Source: Camelus ferus (Eukaryota). Taken from it: DNA of 64,000 nucleotides. The stretch lies in the NCBI RefSeq assembly GCF_009834535.1, contig NC_045696.1:49850001-49914000 (forward strand). Reading direction: 5' to 3'. Within the stretch, counting starts at the first letter, position 1. Every line of letters starts with the position of its first letter. Positions 53,620 through 64,000 of this stretch are shown here, piece after piece. The notes under the pieces are model-generated. The model was not told where the DNA came from. It worked only from the letters and a program-made list of their open reading frames with translations, and did not search any database. The position numbers and the translations under genes are program-made.

Positions 53620-54940
53620 CCACATCTTTATCATTCATCTGGTGATGGACACTTAGGTTGTTTCCATGTCTTGGCTATTGTATGTAGGGCTGCTGTGAAC
53701 ATTGGGGTGCATGTGTCTTTTCCAGTTATAGTTTCTCTGGATGTATGCCCAGGAGTGTGATTGCTGGATCATATGGTAAGTGTATTTTTAATTTTTTAAG
53801 GATCCTTCTTACTGTCCTCCATAGTGGCTGCATCAATTTACATTCACACCAACAGTGTAGGAGGGTTCCTTTACTTCACACCCTCTTCAGCATTTATTAT
53901 TTGAAGAGTTTTTAGTGATGGCCATTCTGAGTGGTGTGAGGTGATACATCATTGTAGTTTTGATTTGCATTTCTCTAATAAATAGCAACAATGAGCATCC
54001 TTTCATGTGCCTGCTGGCCATCTGGATGTCTTCTTTGGAGAAATGTCTATTTAGGTCTTCTACCCATTTTTTGATTAGGTTGTTTGGGGTTTTTTATGTT
54101 GAGCTGTTTGTGTGTTTTGGAAATTAGTCCCTTGTCAGTTGCATCATTTGCAAATATTTTCTCCCATTCTGTAAGTTGTCTTTTTATTTTGTTAATGGTA
54201 TCTTTAGCTGTGCAAAAGCTTTTAACTTTAATTGTGTCTTATTTGTTTATTTTTGCTTTTATTTCCATTACTCTAGGAGCTCGTCTGAAAAAAAATATTG
54301 CTGTGATTTATGTCAAACAGTGTTCTGCCTATGTTTTCCTCTAGTTTTATAGTATCCAGTCTTACATTTAGTATGTTAATCCATTTTGAGTTTGTTTTTG
54401 TACATGGTGTTAGAGAATGTTCTAATTTCATTCTTTTACAAGTAGCTGTCTTGTTTTCCCAGCAACATTTATTGAAGAGACTGTCTTTTCTCCATTGTAT
54501 ATTCTTGCCTCCTTTATTATAGGTTAATTGATTATAAGTGTGTGAATTTACTTTTAGACTTTCTATCCTGTTCCATTGATCTGTGTGTCTCTTTTTGTGC
54601 CAGTACCATACTGTTTTGATTACTGTAGTTTTGTAGCATGGTCTAAAGTCATGGGGCATAATTCCCCAGCTCTATTCTTGTTTCTCAAGATTGTTTTGTC
54701 TATTCATGGTCTTTTGTGTTACCCTGCAAATTTTAATATTTTTTGTTCCAGTTCTCTGAAAATGTCATTGGTTATTTTATAGGCATTGCATTGAATCTGT
54801 ATATTGCCTTGGGTAGTATGGCCATTTTAAAAATATTGATTCTTCCAACCCAAGAACATGGCATTTCATTCCATCTGCTTGTGTCATTTTCAATGTCTTT
54901 CTTCAGTGTCTTGTGGTTTTTGGAGTCAGGTCCTTTGACC
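53085..54940 (-). mobile_element. L1 3' portion (ORF2 C-terminal part + 3' UTR)
   Basis: ORF 54273-54659 ([25 protein letters not shown]...). 3' UTR and T-rich tail near 53085. Confidence 0.92.
53571..53618. repeat. (AGAT)12 microsatellite inside L1
   Basis: Direct read. Confidence 0.95.
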
Positions 54941-54959
54941 CTGTTAGAGTCACTACTAG

Positions 54960-55420
54960 AAGGGCTCTGCCCTGGGCCTCAGTCCAAACGAGATTCTGTG
55001 TACACTTCCCAAGAGAGTGATGTGTCTGTTTCCCCCAAGTCCTGTGGAGCTCCTGGAGTTAAGCCCCACTGGCCTTCAAAACCAGATGTTTTGTGGTCTC
55101 TTCCTCCAAATGCTAGAGCCCTGAGCTGGGGAGCCTGATGTGGGGCTCACAACTCTCACTCCTATGGGAGGGCCTCTGTAATTTAATTATTCTCCAGATT
55201 GTGGGTCACTCACCCAGGGGTTATAGGGCCCTATTATATCGTGAACACACCTCTCCTATCATCCTGCTGTGGTTCCCTCTTTATGTTTCCAGTTGAATAA
55301 GATCTATTTTGTCAGGTTGTAGTCTTTTTTTATCGATGATTGTTTAGTAGTCAGTTGTGGTTTTGTTGTCATTGTGAGAGGAGGTGAGCTCTTGGTCTCA
55401 CTACTGCGCCCTCTTAACCA
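54960..55420 (-). mobile_element. L1 5' UTR-like segment
   Basis: Resembles recalled laurasiatherian L1 5' UTR. Minus-strand start GGTTAAGAGGGCGCAGTAG resembles the L1 5' terminus AAGATGGCG..TAG. Confidence 0.55.
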
Positions 55421-56020
55421 CAGATATGGTTCTTTTTTTAGCTATGACCTGAGAACTCCAACGTGCTTTCTTTTATTATTAGTTGTGTGATCTCTAACTG
55501 GCCATGTGACAACATGTTAATTATACATCCTTATCAATACTGTTTACACTGGAAAGTAATTGCTCTGATAACCAGTTTTTCTTAGCTAGTTTTTCTTAAC
55601 TAGGTTTTCATTTGTTTTGGACTTACAAATTTCCCCCCAAATGCTTTCCCTCCAATCAGCACAATTTCAGTGACACTTTCAATTCTGTTGCATTTGAAAC
55701 TAATTTTTTTCTCTACCTAACAACCTGAACCCCACGTCTGCTGTCCCCGTCAGTACAGCTGTTACTAATAGGCCCCCTCCTCCCTTTGTGTGTGTTATTG
55801 TGGGGAGTCAGTAACTCTGTGTCAAGGCCTATTTTTGGGAGGGAGGGAGTGGTTTGTTGGTGCTGGTTTTAGATGAACCCACAAACTGCCTTTCCAGATA
55901 AGCAGGGGATTTCAAGTTGCCTACCTGGTTAGTCAGTTCCCAATAGCTCAAAAGTTGACTGTATTTCCAGTTTTTCTTCCAAGTCTGCCTTTAAATCATG
56001 TGACCCTTCCTCTCCTAAAG

Positions 56021-56192
56021 GCTGCAGCAGGAGTTCCTCCACCCTCCACCGCATCATTGGGGGCATCGACACCCAAGAAGGGGGTTGGCCGTGGCAAGTC
56101 AGCCTCCACTTTGTCGGATCTGCCTACTGCGGGGCCTCAGTCATCTCCAGGGAGTGGCTTCTCTCCGCTGCCCACTGCTTCCATGGAAACAG
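56021..56192 (+). CDS. TMPRSS7: TMPRSS7 exon 15 (activation site R|IIGG, catalytic His)
   Basis: CSRSSSTLHR-IIGGIDTQEGGWPWQVSLHFVGSAYCGASVISREWLLSAAHCFHGN(R). Confidence 0.96.
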
Positions 56193-56595
56193 GTGGGGCA
56201 TCTCAATCCTTACTCTAAAGGGGCACAGTCTCTGACCACAGACCATACAAATGCCCTCACACTGTGGGAAGAAATTCCCTGTTGGAATTGTTTAATCAGT
56301 TCTGTTGGTGGTTTTGTTTTGTTTTGTTTTTATTGTGACACCAGTTGTATGCCAAACATTTTTTTTTTTAGGTATTATTGATATAAATATAAGAACACAA
56401 AGGAACATCAAGAATGAATAGGCTTTTACGAGGCTAAGAAAATAGGATAGGGCTTTCAAGTCAGAAGGAATTCTGTGCGAATGTGTGAGGAATGTGGAGT
56501 GTGGGACTGCGTGGGAAATGGGCCCTGGAGGAGGACTGGAGTCCAGGGATCCTTATTTAGAGTTGGAGGTGATGATCGGCATCCCAATTTCCAAT

Positions 56596-57357
56596 GTGCT
56601 GGTGGGAAGGGCTCCCACACCCCCCTCCAAGCTGTTCTCTGACACTAGCTGAGTGTCCGACAATTCAACTCAATTCTGGCTTTCTCTACACAGAGACAGC
56701 ATCAGATTATACAGTTTAGGGGCCCAGTCCTGCAAGACTACCCCCACCCCCCCAACTTCAGACACCAATTGAAAGTCCAAGTTGTCACCTGTACTTCAGA
56801 CTGACTAACTATAGAGCAGAGGCTCCCATGACCCACTCCTGGTGGTTGATTAATTTGCTAGAGCAGCTCACAGACACATTTTATTATACAAGGATATAAC
56901 TAAGGAGCAGTCAGATGGAAGACATGCATAGGGTGAGGTATGGGGGAAGCAGGCAGGGTTTCCCTGCCTTCTTGGGGTGTATCACTCTCCCTGAATCTCC
57001 GTGCATTCACTAACCCAGAAGCTTTCCAAACCCTCTCCTTCTTGGCTTTTTTGGAGGCTTACATAGGCATGATTAATTAAATCATTGGTCATTAGCCATG
57101 GATTCCACCTCTAGCCTCTCCATCCTCCCCAGAAGTCAGGAGGTAGGACTGAAAGTTCTAGCACTCCAATCACTTGGTTGGTTCTCCTGGTGACCATTCC
57201 CGAGTCTTAGTTGCTGGCCCAAAGTAACCTCATTAATATAACAAAAGACATTTGGTCCCTCACATCACTTACAAAATTCCAAGGGTTTTAGGAGCTCTGT
57301 GCCAGAAATGGAAAGTAGACCGCATACGTATTTCTTGTTATGAACCACAGTATCACA
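56596..57357. mobile_element. MER21-like ERV LTR
   Basis: TGTG start, GTGTCCGACAATTCAACTCAATTCTG...TTGATTAATTTGCTAGAGCAGCTCACAGA...GGTTTTAGGAGCTCTGTGCCAG, ends ATCACA. Confidence 0.75.
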
Positions 57358-58524
57358 GAGGAGAAGTCGTGAAAAAGTCTGTTAGGGTCACTACTGGAAG
57401 GGCTCTGTCTGCCTTTACCAGTGGGATTATTATGGGGCAGACAGTCTCCCAGATAAGGGTGAAAAGAAAGTTCAGAAAACAACTTGAATTAAAAGGTAAA
57501 CTTATTTGGAATCTGTTGGATCTTAGGTACACAAATATATCATTCATTTCTCATTCAGCATTCTTTAAAGTGGAGTATTTCCATGAATTTATTCAATTAG
57601 GATATTTGTTTCTCCTGGAGATGATAGGATTCATGTTAATGACTAAAATGGCTACATTTCTGTTCTACCTTTAATCTTTTATGCAGTGAAACTGCTCCGA
57701 GTAATATGTGACCCTTAGTCACATGTCCCCAGGTCCCCAGTGCTGCCTGTGAGATGTCAGCTAAGCAGATTAGGGGCCACACTCTTTGGGATCTGTCCTC
57801 ATTTTTCTCCCAACGCTTCCACATTCTCTTCACCCCACCAGAGCAAGGTTGCTGTGCTGATGGAGATGGAACCTCAGATGGAGACTACAAGCCCTTCAGT
57901 GACTTCATGCAAGGCCACTAGGGTCAGGATTAGAATTCTGAAAGGACTAATAGAGGTGGGGCCCTATGAATGGTCAAGCTTGAGCAGTTAGAGCAGAGTA
58001 ATCTTTAAGGCTTCTGGCAGTTTGCAGGAAGGAATTTCATTAAATTCCTGCTTGTAGCACTGATTTCTAATCTGTCTTGGTATTCGTGTCATTTGAATTT
58101 CGTAAAAGGATCCCTAAACCACTGACTCACTGGCCCTGTCTGTCTCCATCAAATACCACTGTCAGCATCAATAGGGACAATGAAACAAATTAATTCCTTG
58201 ACTAACAGTCTTGACCTGTATGTGGTTCATGAAATAACAGTGGCAAGGAAATTTTCAGCGTGTCCTTAGGATGCCATTGAGGACATTTTCTGGAACATAG
58301 CTATTGTTCACCGGCCCAACTACACATTACTTCATCTCTGGTTTATTAAGGCGACAAGGGAGGCTCCGAGACAGTGTGCCTCTTGCTGTATCCACAGGGC
58401 AGAGCCAGTGACTGCAATAGGGACTGAAAGTCAGACCGCCCTCTCCACAGCCCTCATTCCTCTGTTTCCAAACCCTGTACGGTTCTTCCGCCTCTGACTT
58501 CATTCTTCATTCCTTTTGCACCAG

Positions 58525-58793
58525 ACTGTCCGACCCCACACCGTGGACCGCGCACCTTGGGATGTATGTGCAGGGGACTGCCAAGTTCGTCTCCCCAGTG
58601 AGAAGAATTGTGGTCCATGAGTACTATAACAGCCAGACCTTTGACTACGATATTGCCTTGCTACAGCTCAGTATCGCCTGGCCCGAGACCCTGAAACAGC
58701 TCATTCAGCCGATATGCATTCCTCCCGCTGGCCAGAAAGTGCGAGGCGGAGAGAAGTGCTGGGTGACCGGCTGGGGGCGGAGGCACGAGGCAG
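58525..58793 (+). CDS. TMPRSS7: TMPRSS7 exon 16 (catalytic Asp)
   Basis: LSDPTPWTAHLGMYVQG...FDYDIALLQL...IQPICIP...CWVTGWGRRHEA. Confidence 0.96.
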
Positions 58794-60363
58794 GTGTGTG
58801 TCTCGGTGAATGGCCATGCCCTTCCCCTCCAGATAACACTGACGGCTGTTGATGTAGCTCTTTGGGCTTCATGGAGAGGAGTTTTGTATATGGTCTCATC
58901 TGAACCTTCTAACAACTCTGAGAGGTAGAATGGAGGAGAGTATTATAATTCCTGTTTCGTGATTCTCCCCCTGATGCTCAAAAGAAGTGGGACCCACTTC
59001 TTACGAGCAAGGCAGGATTGGATAGATAGTATGGGTCCTTTTCAAACTCTGAGGGGTTTGCTAGGGTTTTCACTATAGAAGAGCAATTCCTTCTTATTTT
59101 TAGGTTTCCTTTCATCCAAAAAAAGAGACTCATTTTCATAAAGAAGAGTAGGATACCCTCCCTCTCTCTCACACACACACACTCACACGTCTGACTGTGT
59201 CAACCCATAGAAAATTGTGTGGAGGATTATGCAAATATGTCCTTCAGAAGGGCAACTGCCAAGTAAATAAGAGTGAGGGCTGAAATCCAGCCTGCCCTTA
59301 GCTCCCCAGATTGCAAATTCAGGCCTGGGGTTTTTATTAGCCTAGAAGTGGTCCACCCAGAAGGGGGCATCTTTTTCATATGCACAAAGGTCAGACTGTA
59401 TGGTAGGGAAGTCTCTATATCTGCCCTGCCAAGGTTTTAATGTCTAGGATGCTAAACATACAGTGAGAAGAAGAATCCAAAACCTTGTGGACATCTCCCC
59501 GAAGATGGGTGCCAGTGCTTTCCCTTGATCTCCCAGTCACCTGAGATTCCCTCGCAGTCATTTCCAAGGGTTTAGGACAGATACATTTTCTGTAACTCTT
59601 GACCTTCCCCTTAGCCTCGCTTTGATAGTCTCTAAAGACTCTAAAGATTCACCATGGGTAGCATCTCAAGTGCTCACTGCCTCCAATTAGTTATCGAAGT
59701 CATGAAATTTACCACCTGTCTGGACCTGCTGAGGTCATGGGTCCCAACAAGGGAAGGCAGCAAAACTACTCAATTATATATAACACCATTCATAACATAA
59801 CAGGACTGGGCTCAGGGCTTTAATGACATTATCATATATTATAAAAGATAAGAGTCTACTCAACCAGTTTATCATGGGACATTTTGTTTACAAGCATGAG
59901 TGTGTGAGAGTTGATTTTTCTGAATCATCTTAGCCAGACAGGTTAAAAAGGATGTGAGAGGGCTATATCCAAACTATTATGTTTTTATGGTTCCTAGGGG
60001 ACTCCCATCTGTCAGTTATAATGCTCCACTTAAGGGGCCCCCTTGACCAGTGAGTATCAGTAATAACTGTTGCTGACACTCAGTCCTACTGAGAGCGGGA
60101 GGTACATGGTGAAGGAATATGGCACAGTGGCTAGGAAGGCTGAGTCACAACTTGGGTCTGAATCCTGCTCTGTTAATTGCTAGTCGTGTGCCTTTAGATA
60201 AGTCCTTTATCCTCCTAAGCCTCCATTTCTTCATCAGAAAAATGGGGATCATGATAGAATTTACCTTAAAAAATTGGAAAGGTACAAGGAGATAATATGA
60301 ATAAATTGTCTAATAAAGTAAATGTAATCATTGCCACGATTTCTACTTCTCTGTGTTTTCCAG

Positions 60364-60500
60364 ACAATAAAGGCTCCCTTGTTTTGCAGCAAGCAGAGGT
60401 AGAGCTCATTGACCAAACCCTCTGTGTTTCCACCTATGGGATCATCACTTCAAGGATGCTCTGTGCAGGAGTCCTGTCAGGCAAGAGAGACGCCTGCAGA
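60364..60500 (+). CDS. TMPRSS7: TMPRSS7 exon 17
   Basis: (D)[45 protein letters not shown]. Asp in DAC indicates trypsin-like S1 specificity. Confidence 0.96.
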
Positions 60501-60778
60501 GTAAGTCATCTTAATTTTCCCTTGCCTGACAGGTGGTACTTTCCATAAATGCTTTCCTATTTAATCTACACTGGGCAATGCCTAAGGCAGGTGCTTCCTT
60601 TAATTCAGATATTAATTATAATCCCACTGCCTAAGATCTGGGAAATGTGGTTAAATAGTAATTGGATTTAAACACTTGTTTTCCTGTCCCTATGTATTTT
60701 ACTCCAACAATTAGAGAGTGAAGTCAGCATTTATCATTTTGCCATGATTTTCTTATAACCAAAAACTGAAAAATAAAG

Positions 60779-60780
<2 letters not shown>

Positions 60781-60808
<28 letters not shown>
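60781..60808. repeat. (AC)14 microsatellite
   Basis: Direct read. Confidence 0.95.
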
Positions 60809-60811
<3 letters not shown>

Positions 60812-62250
60812 GTTTTAGGATTGCTACCTATTTCCTTAAAAGTGGCTATTTACCTTCTAAAGTAAGAAGTATTGTATTCACTTACTCTTTGATGCAAAGG
60901 CTGGGGGAAAGGAAAGAGGAATGGGAGAAGTGTCAGGAACTCTTATTTTTACGCATCTGACGGTGGTATATTTGAAGGTCACTTTTAGGGGGACATTTTT
61001 ATGAGCCTCAGATTCCAATCTATGCAGATATCAATTTGCTTGCCAAAACGTGAACAGATTATTTAGAAGATGAGGAGGGCAGGGCAGTGGGAGCTGTTCC
61101 CACCTCTTTCCGTAACCTTCGGCACTGGGCCACAAGCATTCACCTTACAATTATGACCTCTATCTTCTGACAGGCCCCATGCTAGGTCCTTTACCTACAT
61201 TCAAATTATTCTTTTATCCCTATTTTACAGAAGAGGAACCTAGGGCACAGAGAGGAGAAGTAAATTACCCAAGGTCACACAGTCTGTGGAGCTGGGATTT
61301 GAACCCTTATCTCTCTAAAGTTTAAGCTACGATATTTTGAATGTTTCCTGCAGCTAGTCAGTTATATAGTGCTGTTCCACACAACCAGCAGGGTTTACAG
61401 GTTAAATAAGCAGAGTTGGTGTGGCAACGGTTAAAATTAAAAGACCCCAGTCTCTCTACTAGTTAGAATTTACCTAATCAGGTTTAGAATTGTAGAATTC
61501 AGGGGCCAATTTGAAACACTTTCTGAGTAAGCTGCAGCTTTAGCTATCCTCCAATATAAGAAAATGAAAACCCAGATATTATAATTTAAACAACGAACAC
61601 AGCAGGAATTCAGTTTAAATATTGAATTTTTTCAGCCTTTGCTTTTAGAGTTGAGATATCAGAAAGGACTCTCAAGTGAGGGTGATCTGCCTGTGACAAC
61701 TGTCAGCCAGTGATCCTTAGACGTGCCTCATTGGACTTGACCAACTAAACAGGGTCTCCTTTCCTTTCTTCCTCAGGGCCATGCGTGAGGCAACACATGG
61801 GCAGAGGTAGAGGTCAACCTACCCCCAAGATAACCATGCCTTGAAAGGTTATTGTGAGGATTAAATGACCCAAAACAGTGCTTAGCACATACCAGCACTA
61901 AATAAGCTTTAGCTATTATTATCATTATTGCTACTACTGTTGAGGTTTGTTGTTTATTCGCAGGTATGTGAGTGTTATTTCCTTGCAAGAATCTTCTAAT
62001 GTTATTCTTGGCCTAAAGAATCAAGTTTCTTAACCATGAATGCGTCTTTTTGATGATAGGAAAAATAATTCTAAAATGACATTAGAAGTTTCACATTATT
62101 TCTTGACACTTCCCCAAACTGCATAGTAGTTAGTCAAGCAAAAACCTGTCAGGGTGGGAGTCTGAACACAATTTATTAGACACTTAATGACAAGTTGATG
62201 ATCATGGGACAAGTGTACTTTATACTGACATTATTTATCTTCTTGTGTAG

Positions 62251-62421
<171 letters not shown>

Positions 62422-62489
62422 CTGCACAAGTTTGATTTTTGACTGTGTTTTATGTGATAGATTCTTTTTTAAAAAATGCAGTAATTATC

Positions 62490-62495
62490 AATAAA
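62490..62495 (+). terminator. Candidate TMPRSS7 poly(A) signal AATAAA
   Basis: About 70 nt after the stop, with a U-rich tract downstream. Confidence 0.6.
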
Positions 62496-64000
62496 ATGAG
62501 ACACAATTTTTTTTTTCTTCTGAAAATTTCAGATTGCATGCATTTGGTATTTATTGAAAGACAGAAAGATTAATATGTATTTTATTCCATGGAATATTAC
62601 CTCAAGGGTACAACTGTATTCATTGTTAAGCATCAGAAGGCCATTAATTAAAGAATGGAAGAAAACTAAAGTAATGTCATCAACCAAGTCTCCAAAATAA
62701 GAAATGAGTGAGATGCTCAGGAATCCATAGTTTAATTTATGTTCCCATTCAAGGTGCAGGTATTTATAAAGATCTAGGCAAATCTGATTTATTGAAGTAA
62801 GTTCCATTAAAAAACCCATGCCTGATCTTCAGTGTTCTAGTGAAGTTAATTGCATGAAAATGACTCCTTCACAAATGCAAATTACGTTAAACTCAGTTAT
62901 TGACAGAGAAAGTACCTCTATTGTTATTTTCCAATCCAATTTGTCTAACATATAGGGTATTTTTCTTCAGAGAAAAATGGTAATATTGTGTGCAGAGAAA
63001 CTATCAGTCAACAAAACTGACAATAATCTTCACTAAAATAATAGACTGAAGCATTGTGGTAGTTGGATTGAAAATATGTACATGGGATTTAAGAAAATTG
63101 TGGTAATGCTGGTCAGCAGTTTAAGGACTTTTTGGATGATTGTTCTGAAAGAGAAAAATTTCAGAAATATCGTCTGACTTCTGATCCTTCTATAAAACTT
63201 CAACGGCCAAGACTTTCTTTTATTTTCAGAGCCTTGTGATACCTAGCAGAGGTGTAAACCTGTGGTACATGCTCCATACATCAGAGTTATTGATTTATTT
63301 TATCTCGATTTAGAGTGTTTCACACTTAATCTCAGAATAATCTTTTCATTAACAGAGGCCGGACTTAATAATATCACCAAATAGGTAAGAACAGCAGAAA
63401 GAAGAATGATATTATTCTTTTCGCTGGGACAAAGTCAAAAAAGTAATAGTAATTCTATTTTCAAATGGGGCCCAAAATAGTAAATCGGGTTTTCACAGGA
63501 CCCAAAATAATGAAATTGTTTTTATAGGTCGGTCACCCTCTTTATAATGACAACTCCCAACCTGCACCAATCAGCACTCCAGCCTCCCTTACTCTGCTTT
63601 ACCTTGTTTTTTCCATAGCACACGTCACCTTCTAATATTCTAGAAATATTATTTATTAAGTTTGCTTCCCCTCATTAAATATTAGCCTCACAATGGCAGT
63701 GATTTTGTTTTATTCTGCTTCATATTCTTCAGACGTGTCTCAAGCATCCAGAAGACTGTAGCAAGCACTCAGTACTGCTTGTGGAATGAAATTGAACTGA
63801 ATATGTGATGTAATTAGCACAGGAACAATGTGTGTTGGTAATAAAGAAGAATGTGGATGACTTTCAGTGGAGGAGGAGTCTGGGAAGATTTAATGGAAAA
63901 AGTACGCTTCAGCTAGGATTTAAAGATGGACGAAAGTTATCCATGCAGAAAGTGAGCTGGAGTGGGAGGAAAAGCATTCTGAGCAGAAGGAACATCATAT

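Noticed and set aside
60366..60371. AATAAA at the start of exon 17
   Set aside because: It encodes Asn-Lys, and there is no evidence of use as a poly(A) signal.

Overview
Mammalian genomic DNA, probably camelid (inferred from a vic-1-like tRNA-derived SINE and cetartiodactyl-type L1/LTR remnants). The + strand carries the last coding exon and 3' UTR of TAGLN3 (873-~1345). It then carries a complete 18-coding-exon TMPRSS7 (matriptase-3) gene (15475-62421). By my hand splicing, the exons join with GT-AG boundaries into 2490 nt (829 aa + stop): TM, SEA, 2 CUB, 3 LDLa and a trypsin-like domain with an intact H/D/S triad. The introns are rich in L1, solo ERV LTRs, MLT and MER elements. Most notable: TMPRSS7 intron 14 holds, on the minus strand, a CpG-island promoter, a 12-nt coding exon (MERL) and an 82-nt signal-peptide exon matching exons 1-2 of the immune-checkpoint gene CD200 (OX-2). 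Splice sites and frame are intact, but I found no Ig-domain exon in the window. This looks like a nested antisense partial CD200-family duplicate. Gene and repeat identities rest on recalled sequences, not database searches.
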